Below the pieces are notes generated by a model. That model did no database searches and was not told the origin of the DNA. It worked only from the letters and a program-made list of their open reading frames with translations. DNA of 64,000 bases, from IMG/VR virus record IMGVR_UViG_3300033420_000004, positions 1-64,000 of that record; one strand, given 5' to 3'. Made by a program: the position numbers and the translations under genes. This DNA is from a virus (taxonomy: Duplodnaviria; Caudoviricetes). Below are positions 8,846 through 17,578 of the stretch, in pieces (position 1 is the first letter of the stretch; every line of letters starts with the position of its first letter).

Positions 8846-9449
8846 TTGTTATTACTTTAGATGTTCCTTTTCGTATACCTACAGTGAATGCGGCATCCGC
8901 TGAGACAGCCAGAGTGGGCTCGTGTGTGATTATTATAAATTGCAGATTTAATTTTTCTGAGATTTCTTTAATCATTTGTGACGCTCTTTCCTGCAGATCG
9001 ACTGAAAGAAACCGCATGGGTTCATCCAATATTATCACGTTTCTGCTTCTAGGTCTTTGCATTGTCCATGAAGCTATACGCAGGGCAAATGCAGCTACGT
9101 CCACAGCACCGCCACCACTTGCCGTTAGTGGGTCAGACTCATTTCCGTCACGAACAAAAATAAGATCACATTCTGTCTTGTTTCTGCGCTGAACAAACTC
9201 AACCTTTAGCTCATAAGGATCCCGGAAAACCGCACTCAGGGCGAGTGTCGTTATATCGGAAATATGAAGTTGAAGTGTTTGTTGAGTTTTCAGTCCCACT
9301 TCTTTCATTATCTCGCGAGCCTGTTCGTGTTGGTTTAACGACCTTTTGGAGTTACGTATCTCTGTAGAAATTTCAGAAATAGTTTTTTCAAGCTGTATTT
9401 TACGTCCCTTTAGTTGCTCCAACTTGGACCTGTATTGCCGTAAATCCAT
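8838..9449 (-). CDS. sbcC: SbcC/Rad50/gp46-like ATPase, C-terminal half
   Basis: Coiled coil, then signature ASGGG, Walker B IILDEP and H-switch IITHE; no Walker A. Confidence 0.85.
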   Translation of the reverse strand: MDLRQYRSKLEQLKGRKIQLEKTISEISTEIRNSKRSLNQHEQAREIMKEVGLKTQQTLQLHISDITTLALSAVFRDPYELKVEFVQRRNKTECDLIFVRDGNESDPLTASGGGAVDVAAFALRIASWTMQRPRSRNVIILDEPMRFLSVDLQERASQMIKEISEKLNLQFIIITHEPTLAVSADAAFTVGIRKGTSKVITND

Positions 9450-9453
9450 GACA

Positions 9454-9702
9454 CTAGTCTATGAATGATCCGTAATTCTCTTCCAGTGCGTCCTTACCCT
9501 CAGAAATCTGATTTTCGAGTGTTGAGGCTTCTTTCTCCATTGCTATCAGCTTTTTCTGAGCGGATTCCACAGTTTTACATCCCCAGGTGCTTAACAGCTG
9601 AGAATTCAGCATTTCCAATTGTCCTTTTAATCTTGTGACGTTAGTTTTAGCGTCTTCAACCTTTTGTTTAAGGTCAAGTAATTGATCGTTTGATAGGCTC
9701 AT
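9454..9702 (-). CDS. Small coiled-coil protein (82 aa)
   Basis: Heptad-rich; sits within the sbcC/sbcD cluster. Confidence 0.65.
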   Translation of the reverse strand: MSLSNDQLLDLKQKVEDAKTNVTRLKGQLEMLNSQLLSTWGCKTVESAQKKLIAMEKEASTLENQISEGKDALEENYGSFID

Positions 9703-9703
9703 T

Positions 9704-9961
9704 TTATTTATTTGTTGTAGGTTTTATCTTGAATATTTTCCTGAAGAATTTTATGACCTTCAGTTCCCAAGGGTATTTAGCTCGGGTTATAACGCAATCA
9801 GACTCACGGAATACTCCTTCATTGTTAGCCCTCTTAGCACGATAATGCTCTCCATAGGGAATATTAGTCCACTCTACTCTTACATACCAAACTCCCTTTT
9901 CTTTAAACTTACTTACAAGTATAGCAGGACTAAACCCTGGGTGCTTTACAATTTTTTTCAT
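9704..9961 (-). CDS. Hypothetical basic protein (85 aa)
   Basis: ATGA-coupled ORF. Confidence 0.55.
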   Translation of the reverse strand: MKKIVKHPGFSPAILVSKFKEKGVWYVRVEWTNIPYGEHYRAKRANNEGVFRESDCVITRAKYPWELKVIKFFRKIFKIKPTTNK

Positions 9962-10875
9962 GTTATTGATGCATATATTATTTCCATTACTGAATCACGA
10001 ATTTCATTAGCCTCTGCAAATCGTTTCAAATTGTCTTCGAAACTCAGTCCCGCTTCCCATTCATCTGATAATTTGCTCACAAAGGCATCAATTCTTGCGT
10101 CTCTCTGCTCTATCTCTGCAATATGTTCCCTTGACACCACTTCGTTGGCAATTGGCAGGAAAACAGGCTCCACAGTGTTTGTGTCGGCATAGTACAGATA
10201 TACTCTTGGGTTGAAATCTGCAAATGCTGCGGTTTGTCTTGTTATGCATCCCGGATTTACTAAAATTCTTCCCTCATACTCTTCGACAAAGGGTTGGTGA
10301 TTGTCCCCTGTAAGTATCAGGTCGTAATCAGGCAGTGTGCGTAACAGTTTTGCTGCTTTTGGAGCTGTGCATCCTGGGTACGGCTCCTTGGCTTGGTATG
10401 TCATAGTGTGCCAAACTAACATTAATCTACCTTTGATGTTAATGCCATGGTCTTCTATGTTTGGAGTTTGTCCAAAATGACATCCAAATAAAGTGGAAAT
10501 AGAATGTACCATGGATAAAACATGTATTCCAGATTTATTAAGCAGTTCTAAATTATGCTGTGGTAAATCATGGTTACCATATACAGTATGAAAATCTTTT
10601 GGTATATACTCAATGATTTTGCTTAACAGATAAGGACTTGGTTTCCAATGATGAAATAAATCTCCACTATGATATACAGGACATTGATGTTTAATTTGCA
10701 ATCCTGAAATAAATCCCAGTTTATGCCACTGAGCTTCTTCCATATTATCAGTACGGCAAACTGGGGTATCTTCCCTCAAATGCCAGTCACCTGTTAGGAT
10801 AGCATCCGCTTTTTTAAATATCTTGGTCACGGGATTAGTCAGTTCATTTACCCCGCTTGGCGTTTTTCTTATCAT
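9958..10875 (-). CDS. sbcD: SbcD/Mre11/gp47-like metallophosphoesterase nuclease
   Basis: Motifs GDWH, GDLF, GNHD, WHT and GDNH. Confidence 0.9.
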   Translation of the reverse strand: MIRKTPSGVNELTNPVTKIFKKADAILTGDWHLREDTPVCRTDNMEEAQWHKLGFISGLQIKHQCPVYHSGDLFHHWKPSPYLLSKIIEYIPKDFHTVYGNHDLPQHNLELLNKSGIHVLSMVHSISTLFGCHFGQTPNIEDHGINIKGRLMLVWHTMTYQAKEPYPGCTAPKAAKLLRTLPDYDLILTGDNHQPFVEEYEGRILVNPGCITRQTAAFADFNPRVYLYYADTNTVEPVFLPIANEVVSREHIAEIEQRDARIDAFVSKLSDEWEAGLSFEDNLKRFAEANEIRDSVMEIIYASIT

Positions 10876-11165
10876 TTCTTCAAAACTTTTAAGGTAGCTG
10901 AAACTCTGCGAACTCCTGGACCATAAAAAGGCTCGTCCTTACTAGAAAATTCAATCAAATCACGTTTGTAAAACTCACTCATGTAGCCCTCATATATTGA
11001 ACGCTTTATTACTTCCGGAGGAGCACTTGCTTCAAAAATGGCCTCAAATCGTACCACATGAATGTTTGCAACTTCCTTTACGATTGGTGGGTTAAACTTT
11101 GGAGTTTCATACCTCAGCAGTTTGGCAACCCATTTTAAAATAGCTCGTTTGGTTTGTAGTTTCAT
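10872..11165 (-). CDS. Hypothetical protein (97 aa)
   Basis: ATGA-coupled ORF. Confidence 0.6.
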   Translation of the reverse strand: MKLQTKRAILKWVAKLLRYETPKFNPPIVKEVANIHVVRFEAIFEASAPPEVIKRSIYEGYMSEFYKRDLIEFSSKDEPFYGPGVRRVSATLKVLKK

Positions 11166-11314
11166 CGTTTTATAGCTTTTGCTTCTTCCTTAGATAAAGT
11201 ATCACATTCAGCAAAAATACCTCCGCAATAAATACACGCTTTCATAGGTATTATTGGTCCAAAACAATCCGGACAATATCTGTCTGTTTTCTTAGCACCT
11301 GTATTATAGGTCAT
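11162..11314 (-). CDS. Small zinc-ribbon protein (50 aa) absent from the ORF track
   Basis: MTYNTGAKKTDRYCPDCFGPIIPMKACIYCGG...; two CxxC pairs; coupled on both sides. Confidence 0.6.
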   Translation of the reverse strand: MTYNTGAKKTDRYCPDCFGPIIPMKACIYCGGIFAECDTLSKEEAKAIKR

Positions 11315-11315
11315 T

Positions 11316-12383
11316 TTATAATGAATTTATGTTATACTTAGTGTGCCCGCAAAGTGGACATTCATCAGGCATTTCCTGGTGAAATTTCTGCTCTAAGGCT
11401 TTCACCAACTTATCACCTGACTCAATGGATGTGCACACCGACGCTATTCTAATCATAAGTGAGTCCAAATTAGTTATGTCTTTTTGCAAAGTGTCGTGCC
11501 TGTTCATTAGTGTCAATAGGGAGTCTAAAGTAAGGTCAACCTTTATAAACTCTTCATACTGCAGGCATTCCTCTTCCTTTAGTTGAATCGATTCATATAA
11601 TTTCAACAGTGATTTAATGTCCTTATTTTTTAACGCAAGCAATTCAATGTTGGCAAGAACTTTGTCAAGTGGTTCCTGCATTTTTGCAACATCATTCTCC
11701 ACCTCAACAAACTTGGTAGTATTAATTATAGAATCTATCAAGACCCCTAATTTTGATACGTTGGACACAGTTTGTTTGTAGGTAGTCTCCACGGACTCCA
11801 AAACGTCGATATCGATCTCCATCTTTTCCAGGAAGTTATACCTGTCGGCTTCTTCCTGAAGTAAATCCACCCTTGCCCTATTGGCTTTTTCCTCTTGTTT
11901 TAGTGCGCGTATTGCCGACTCAATCTTTTTCAACCCTGAATCAATGGCATCAAGGTGTGCAATCTTATTAAAATGCTGTGCAACCTCCCCCGGCGACGAG
12001 CTCAACAAGTATGGGGAATCCAACTGTTGTTGAAGATTTATATCGTTTATGGATAATGAGTCTTCAATCTCTTTTGGAACATCCGTGCTTATAGCATTGA
12101 ATTCAGATTTACCCAAGGTGTAGTTATTTTTCTTAACTCCGCGCGTCCTGTCCACAGTAATCCCGTCAAAAGTGGTAACGGAAACCTTGGTATCTGAATC
12201 CAAAGCACTCCAATTACGGAAAGCATCACCGTTGGGTCGATTTAAAACCACCCATTTTAAAGCCCTTATTATAGCTGTTTTTCCTGAGTCAGAACTTCCA
12301 ACAATAACATTAACTCCTTTTGAAAATTCAAGGTGGGAATTAGTGTGTGACTGGAAGTTCTTTATATCTACAGACTTTATCAT
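11316..12383 (-). CDS. sbcC: SbcC/Rad50/gp46-like ATPase, N-terminal half ending at the zinc hook
   Basis: KNFQSH, Walker A GSSDSGKT, Q-loop LQQQLD, coiled coil and terminal CPLCG; no signature or Walker B. Confidence 0.85.
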   Translation of the reverse strand: MIKSVDIKNFQSHTNSHLEFSKGVNVIVGSSDSGKTAIIRALKWVVLNRPNGDAFRNWSALDSDTKVSVTTFDGITVDRTRGVKKNNYTLGKSEFNAISTDVPKEIEDSLSINDINLQQQLDSPYLLSSSPGEVAQHFNKIAHLDAIDSGLKKIESAIRALKQEEKANRARVDLLQEEADRYNFLEKMEIDIDVLESVETTYKQTVSNVSKLGVLIDSIINTTKFVEVENDVAKMQEPLDKVLANIELLALKNKDIKSLLKLYESIQLKEEECLQYEEFIKVDLTLDSLLTLMNRHDTLQKDITNLDSLMIRIASVCTSIESGDKLVKALEQKFHQEMPDECPLCGHTKYNINSL

Positions 12384-12667
12384 TGTTTTCCTGGTTCAAA
12401 AAATTTCATAGCTCGTTCAACTTTAGAAATCTCTTCCATTTGATCGAAGACATCTATTCCCGAACGTGCACCCGAAACCTTTGATGTTAACATGGTTGTG
12501 TACACTGTTAGGTGCTCAAGTGCCTGCATCTGCTCATTTTCAGGCTTTTTCAAAATTTTTGTCTGTTTGTACTCTGCTATATGTTGCTCGACCTGCTCAA
12601 TCAAGTCATCATAAGACATAGCATCAGCCAATATCAACATCATCGGTAGCATTTTATTTGTGCTCAT
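12380..12667 (-). CDS. Hypothetical protein (95 aa)
   Basis: Coupled ORF. Confidence 0.6.
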   Translation of the reverse strand: MSTNKMLPMMLILADAMSYDDLIEQVEQHIAEYKQTKILKKPENEQMQALEHLTVYTTMLTSKVSGARSGIDVFDQMEEISKVERAMKFFEPGKQ

Positions 12668-12673
12668 AGGTTT

Positions 12674-13372
12674 TTATTTTGATTGTTTTGGTTCTGTTTC
12701 ATCCATGATAAACTTATTCCACATTGTGTACTCGCTCTGTGGCCATTCAAATGAGTCAATAATAAAATCACCGAGATCATTTGACATTTCCTGAATACCT
12801 CTGAATTGGTTAGCCGACTTGGTATTGCTGTTTATGTGTTTAAGAAACAGATCAGTCAGTCCATGGTTTTCAAGGGGAGTGCGATATTTTTCGCAAATGT
12901 CTTCCCGGCGAATTGTTGGTGTGGGATTGTTGTTGACTTCTGTCTGATATATAACCGCCCTCCATTTCGAAAGCTCGTCGGCAGGCCAAATAAAAGCTTT
13001 TCGCATAAATTCAGAAAAACTAGTTGCTTTGTTCTGCATTTCCAAGAACCAAGTCAGGTCTTTTTGTGGATTGTTTACTCGGTACAAAAATTCATCCGTG
13101 ACGTTATGATGATCCAACACTGTAAGATATCTCAAAGCGATGTGTCCCCTTTGTATTGCTATATGTCCTGGTTGTTCCATACCTTTTACCACAGTTCTTT
13201 TAATAACGTCAGGCTTTATGGTACCTTTCATCTGTTCAAAAATCTCAGTCTTTAAGAAAAGAACTAAGCCAAGAAGCTCGATTGGTGTGAAACCATCATT
13301 AACTCTTTCCAAATGAGTGTGCCCATTTTTATCCTCGTACTGAGTGATTGTCCATACTTTTTTGTTCTTCAT
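12674..13372 (-). CDS. Hypothetical protein with internal duplicated module (232 aa)
   Basis: Two LxxHxxTDxFL...FxWP...W segments. Confidence 0.6.
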   Translation of the reverse strand: MKNKKVWTITQYEDKNGHTHLERVNDGFTPIELLGLVLFLKTEIFEQMKGTIKPDVIKRTVVKGMEQPGHIAIQRGHIALRYLTVLDHHNVTDEFLYRVNNPQKDLTWFLEMQNKATSFSEFMRKAFIWPADELSKWRAVIYQTEVNNNPTPTIRREDICEKYRTPLENHGLTDLFLKHINSNTKSANQFRGIQEMSNDLGDFIIDSFEWPQSEYTMWNKFIMDETEPKQSK

Positions 13373-13387
13373 AATTTTTGCTTTTAT

Positions 13388-13421
13388 ATATTATACGCAA
13401 ATATTAACGTCTGTATTCAAA
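13388..13421 (-). promoter_or_regulatory. Phage-specific promoter motif, copy 2
   Basis: TTTGAATACAG-N14-GTATAATAT. Confidence 0.75.
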
Positions 13422-13424
13422 ATA

Positions 13425-13976
13425 TTAATATTTATTTTTTAACACTCTGATTGTTGTGGATTGCTCACAGGCTACATGAAACACAGCAATTGCATCAGCT
13501 ACGGCTTCATCCCTGTAAGTAATACCAGTCCATGGTACGTCATATAATTTGGCAATTGCATCAACTGTTTCTTGCTTGGTGGCACTGAGCTTTCCCAAAA
13601 GACATTTTTTGGAATCACCTTCGGAATAATATTCTACAGGAATACCAAGGCAGTCAGACATGGTTTGCATAATTGCAGTAACAATACCTATCATTGTTGC
13701 CGCAGAAGAGTTTTGAGACCCGTGTGGGGACTCTGTGAGTAAAAAAGAAACACGGTAACGCTTGATAACCCTAAGCAAAACCGTGTTTATTTCCTGTATC
13801 CTTCGGGAGGTATCATCAGACTTTCGAATACGTCTTTTTTTCTGCTCGGGTGCCGTCTTTATGCACCCTGTGGTTATGATGTTTCCCTTGATACCAACAA
13901 CCGCCCAACCCCAAGCTGTTACACTTGGGTCGTTGGTCAGTATTGTGATTGCTGCAGATGGTTCACTTCTCTCCAT
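13425..13976 (-). CDS. ruvC: RuvC-like Holliday junction resolvase
   Basis: RNase H-fold motifs TNDPSVTAWGWAVV, LTESP and EAVADAIAV. Confidence 0.85.
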   Translation of the reverse strand: MERSEPSAAITILTNDPSVTAWGWAVVGIKGNIITTGCIKTAPEQKKRRIRKSDDTSRRIQEINTVLLRVIKRYRVSFLLTESPHGSQNSSAATMIGIVTAIMQTMSDCLGIPVEYYSEGDSKKCLLGKLSATKQETVDAIAKLYDVPWTGITYRDEAVADAIAVFHVACEQSTTIRVLKNKY

Positions 13977-14134
13977 TATACTCGGCCTGCGTGTGAAATG
14001 AGTTCAACTTGCTCTTCCAACCAGGAGACATAATCTGCCAAAAGAGAATATCTTGCATCAGTTTTTATACGCTCTGCTTCATCGGATACCTTGTACCCTG
14101 TGTTTATTTTGTATTTTAAGTGTAGCTCATTCAT
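13976..14134 (-). CDS. Small ORF (52 aa) absent from the ORF track
   Basis: MNELHLKYKINTG...YVSWLEEQV...; stop overlaps the ruvC start. Confidence 0.55.
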   Translation of the reverse strand: MNELHLKYKINTGYKVSDEAERIKTDARYSLLADYVSWLEEQVELISHAGRV

Positions 14135-14138
14135 AATT

Positions 14139-14396
14139 TTACTTATAACTTTTTACAATTATGTCCCCGGAAATTTCAATTAAAGTATCACCCTCCGTAA
14201 AATAATACCCGTCAGAATTTTCAGAATCGTTTAATGTTCCAACAAAATCGTATTCTGCAATCAACACACCGCCTGAATACTGCTCAACATGGTAGTGTCG
14301 GTTAGTTGTTTGGAAGTTCTTCTTCATTCCTTCCAATTCCTTCTGACAGGAACTGAACAACATAACGGCTATGATTAAGCCCATGATTTTTTTCAT
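14139..14396 (-). CDS. Small lipoprotein (85 aa)
   Basis: Probable start MKKIMGLIIAVMLFSSC (ATGA overlap with the recA stop) forms a lipoprotein signal followed by QKE. Confidence 0.7.
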   Translation of the reverse strand: MKKIMGLIIAVMLFSSCQKELEGMKKNFQTTNRHYHVEQYSGGVLIAEYDFVGTLNDSENSDGYYFTEGDTLIEISGDIIVKSYK

Positions 14397-15451
14397 CGTA
14401 CTTTTGTTTTTCGGTTTGAACTGAATTTTGATTGTATTTCTTCCCAAAGATCGATTACCTCTTCCCTTAGTTCTTTTTCAAGGTTTTCGTCTTCTACAAA
14501 TTTGATAGCCTCTTCCATACTTTTACCTATGGACTCTCCACCAAGTGTGTAGGTCGTATTTTTCGTGAAATCTTTTATGAACTGAAGGTTCTGTAAAGTG
14601 TTGTCAATACCATAATCGAACATGATCGTGACAGGAGCTTTGTTATAGGGTTTCCACACAGAGTTTTTGAATACCTCAACCTCAATGGTTATTCCTGTAA
14701 TGCGCTCAATTGCTTTGCCGTTAATTGTCTTCTTAACCTTAATCTTCTCCATAAGATTAGTCTTCAGGCGCAAACTAGCGTAATATCCTACAGCCACGCC
14801 CCCTGGGGTACTGTACCTTGCCATGTTTCCTTTGGCTCCGATATTTTCCCTTACCTGATTACTACAAGCCATTATGTAGTTCTTATCAGTGATAATTCTA
14901 CAGGTCTTGCGAAGTTCTTCAGAAAATTCCTTGGCTCTGCGCATTCCCATCTTGTCACCGTCTTCATCCTCCATTTCAAGTTTGGTTGAAAGAGCGGCAA
15001 GTGAATCGGCCATAATACCGTGGATGGTGTTTTTCTTCTTCCCTACAGGGTCCCATGTGCGGATTGGTTCAAATACCTCTGTAACGGTATCAGAGATCAA
15101 ATAATTTTCCGGGGAAATAGTAACACCAAACATTGCTGCAAATTCTTTATTCAGGCGAGCCTCAGGGTCATGGAACATAATGTCTCCACCTTTACGCTGA
15201 ATATCTCCTGCAATTTCTGAAAGCAGTATTGTTTTACCTGTACCATTTGGTCCGAAAATCTCTACAAATATTCCACCAGGAACACCACCACCACGGACCC
15301 TGCCACCTGAAATGGCAAGGTCGAGTAGTGTACTGCCTGTGGAAATCATCATTTCTGTAGACCCAACAAACTCTTCTTTTTTCTCAGCTTGTTTTTTTAC
15401 CTGAGCTTTCATTTCTTTACTAAGCGGGTCTTTTTTGGCAGTTCTTTCCAT
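14393..15451 (-). CDS. recA: RecA/UvsX-like recombinase
   Basis: ISTGSTLLDLAI, Walker A GPNGTGKT, Walker B IMADSLAAL, NQVRE and TPGG. Confidence 0.95.
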   Translation of the reverse strand: MERTAKKDPLSKEMKAQVKKQAEKKEEFVGSTEMMISTGSTLLDLAISGGRVRGGGVPGGIFVEIFGPNGTGKTILLSEIAGDIQRKGGDIMFHDPEARLNKEFAAMFGVTISPENYLISDTVTEVFEPIRTWDPVGKKKNTIHGIMADSLAALSTKLEMEDEDGDKMGMRRAKEFSEELRKTCRIITDKNYIMACSNQVRENIGAKGNMARYSTPGGVAVGYYASLRLKTNLMEKIKVKKTINGKAIERITGITIEVEVFKNSVWKPYNKAPVTIMFDYGIDNTLQNLQFIKDFTKNTTYTLGGESIGKSMEEAIKFVEDENLEKELREEVIDLWEEIQSKFSSNRKTKVR

Positions 15452-16710
15452 TATTTTTTACCCTTCTTTTCTTTTTCCTCGATACAATCTTCCCAAACAG
15501 AGCAAACATCACACTGTTTTTTGAGGTCTGTATCTACACCGAATCTGAAACCACTTGGACATCTGTTGTCCTCTCCTTTTGGTGCTAATTTCTCAGGCTC
15601 GGGAGCTTTTCTTGTACGAACTGGTTTTGCAACTTCCTTCACTTCTTCCTCTTCCTCTTCCTCTTCTTCCTCAACAGGTTCTGGTGCAGGTGCTCTTTTT
15701 GTGCGGACTGGTTTTTCCTCAACTTCTTCCTCTTCCTCAACTACAGGTCTTCTTCTGCGAACAGGAGCTTCATCCTCATCAGCTACTTCTGCAGCGGGTT
15801 TGCGTGTCCTTACGGGAGCCTCGACTTCGTCCTCATCAACGACAGCTCTGCTGCGTCTTGCGGGTTTTTCTTCCACTTCTTCTTCCTCTTCAGCTTTCTT
15901 ACGTTTCCTGAGTGGAGCTTCTTCGCGAACTGTTTCCTTGGTTTCTTCATGAACGTCCTCAGGATCAAGTTCAAGGAAAATTGCATCGAGTTCCTTGTAT
16001 GACAATATTTTAAAGCAGTTGTCAAGTGACGCTAATTTATCCAACATTGAGTCTTCGTAAGCTTCGTCACGATCGTCAAAGTCAATTCTGCTGGTTTCAG
16101 CGAAAGGTTTGCTCTTACCAATAGTTTCGGAAGAGAAACGTAAACTTAACGTCAAACCTTCTTCAAGGTCAGGGAAAATTTCATTCTCAGGTTTTTCTTC
16201 CAACTCTGTGTTGAGAAGTTTTTGGAACATAGCCTGAGAAATATCCCAAATGTGTGGTTTTTCCTCAAAATCTTTCATGCCAATGGGAACGACATAATAT
16301 AGGTTTCTCAAGGATGGACGAAGTGCGACAATCTGATCTTTAGCTTCCTGGCTTCCGTCACTCTCTTTGGTAAGTTTGGCTCTGTATTCACAGATAGGAC
16401 ATTTCTTTCCTATAGTGGTGAGGCAAACAAAAGAATCATCATTTGCACCAATTTTTCTGTGAAGTTTATACGGTGCTTTGTACCAAATTTCACCAGGAAC
16501 CGCAATCTCTACTTTTTCATTCCTATCCATGTGTTTGTCACTTGTGACAACATAAGGAAGGAAATCAAGCTTGGCTCTACCGCCAGGGGTTTCCTTAAAC
16601 ATTGATATTCCCTTGGGCAGTGATAAGTGTCCATAACTGCTTGCTGCGCTAGACTGTCTGTGTGCGTCATTGGCGACTTTTCCTGCAAACCTACTTTTTC
16701 GTTTTTCCAT
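15451..16710 (-). CDS. gp32-like single-stranded DNA-binding protein with long charged tail
   Basis: HRKIG...VCL...KKCPICEY core, acidic/basic repeat region, C-terminal four-Cys motif; located between uvsY and recA. Confidence 0.7.
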   Translation of the reverse strand: MEKRKSRFAGKVANDAHRQSSAASSYGHLSLPKGISMFKETPGGRAKLDFLPYVVTSDKHMDRNEKVEIAVPGEIWYKAPYKLHRKIGANDDSFVCLTTIGKKCPICEYRAKLTKESDGSQEAKDQIVALRPSLRNLYYVVPIGMKDFEEKPHIWDISQAMFQKLLNTELEEKPENEIFPDLEEGLTLSLRFSSETIGKSKPFAETSRIDFDDRDEAYEDSMLDKLASLDNCFKILSYKELDAIFLELDPEDVHEETKETVREEAPLRKRKKAEEEEEVEEKPARRSRAVVDEDEVEAPVRTRKPAAEVADEDEAPVRRRRPVVEEEEEVEEKPVRTKRAPAPEPVEEEEEEEEEEVKEVAKPVRTRKAPEPEKLAPKGEDNRCPSGFRFGVDTDLKKQCDVCSVWEDCIEEKEKKGKK

Positions 16711-16855
16711 CTTCTTGATCTTTTTTTAATTGTTTTATTGTATCTCGTAATCCGTGTTTCCAACCTAACATCTGCATTCTGGAGAAAAAATATACTAAAA
16801 ACGGACTTATTACAATGAATGCAGTAATTGCAATTACTACTAGTGTATATTTCAT
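16691..16855 (-). CDS. Small membrane protein (54 aa) absent from the ORF track
   Basis: MKYTLVVIAITAFIVISPFLVYFF...; ATGA overlap with the uvsY stop. Confidence 0.55.
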   Translation of the reverse strand: MKYTLVVIAITAFIVISPFLVYFFSRMQMLGWKHGLRDTIKQLKKDQEDGKTKK

Positions 16856-17334
16856 AACGGCCGTCTTTTCATTTTTCCTGCGACCCCCTCATCCACGCGT
16901 TTCTGTCGCATTTCTCTCTCTTCGGCTAAATCCCTTGGTACCCTTGGTCCTGCGAAGTATTGTTGACCATGTAATTTTACCAAGTTCTCTAAAGCTGTTT
17001 TTCTAGCGTCAAATGCGAATACCGCACTTCTTGCTACAGATGCCTCGTACTCAGCCATTTGATATGTTTCCTGAACCTCAACATACTCAGGGTTCACAAT
17101 AATAGCATTCATAATGGCATTCTCCGTAATTTTTTCAATTTTGTAAAAGTCAGGATTGTTCCTGATTTTCCTGTCCAATTCAGCTTTTTTCAAGTCAAGG
17201 TCCACTTTGGCCCTGTCCCGTTCAAGATTTGCCTGTGCTGATATCTTGGCGTACCGCATCATTAAAGCTGCTTGATCCAACCATTCGATATCCAAGGCGT
17301 TCTCATCGATTTTTATGTCCTGTTCGTAGCTCAT
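16852..17334 (-). CDS. uvsY: UvsY-like recombination mediator
   Basis: All-helical IDENALDIEWLDQ...FDARKTALENLVKL; probable start MSYEQ at 17334; adjacent to SSB and RecA. Confidence 0.6.
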   Translation of the reverse strand: MSYEQDIKIDENALDIEWLDQAALMMRYAKISAQANLERDRAKVDLDLKKAELDRKIRNNPDFYKIEKITENAIMNAIIVNPEYVEVQETYQMAEYEASVARSAVFAFDARKTALENLVKLHGQQYFAGPRVPRDLAEEREMRQKRVDEGVAGKMKRRPL

Positions 17335-17360
17335 ATATTTATTTGAAATTTTAAAACTAA

Positions 17361-17555
17361 GTGGGAGGGGCTGTTCCACGGCCAAGTGGCCTCCCACACT
17401 AGAGCCTCAACTTATCTGCGGTATGTCTCCGTGCTCAGACTATCGGTTGGATTTAAGATCTTTTTTGGAAGCAGAGGGAGTTTGGAAATAATACAGACCT
17501 AAACAACTGTACTAGCCCATTACCACTCCCTCCTAGACGGGACATCACCCCCGTC
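17361..17555 (-). ncRNA. Candidate structured RNA or leader with three GC-rich hairpins
   Basis: Inverted repeats 17361-68/17390-97, 17474-81/17525-32 and 17536-41/17550-55 in a 240-nt intergenic gap. Confidence 0.4.
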
Positions 17556-17578
17556 GTAATCCCAACAAAACAAACAAA

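Noticed and set aside
15389-15952. Ser-rich + strand ORFs (187 and 118 aa) opposite the SSB gene
   Set aside because: Antisense shadows of the poly-Glu/Arg repeats; no independent motif or leader.
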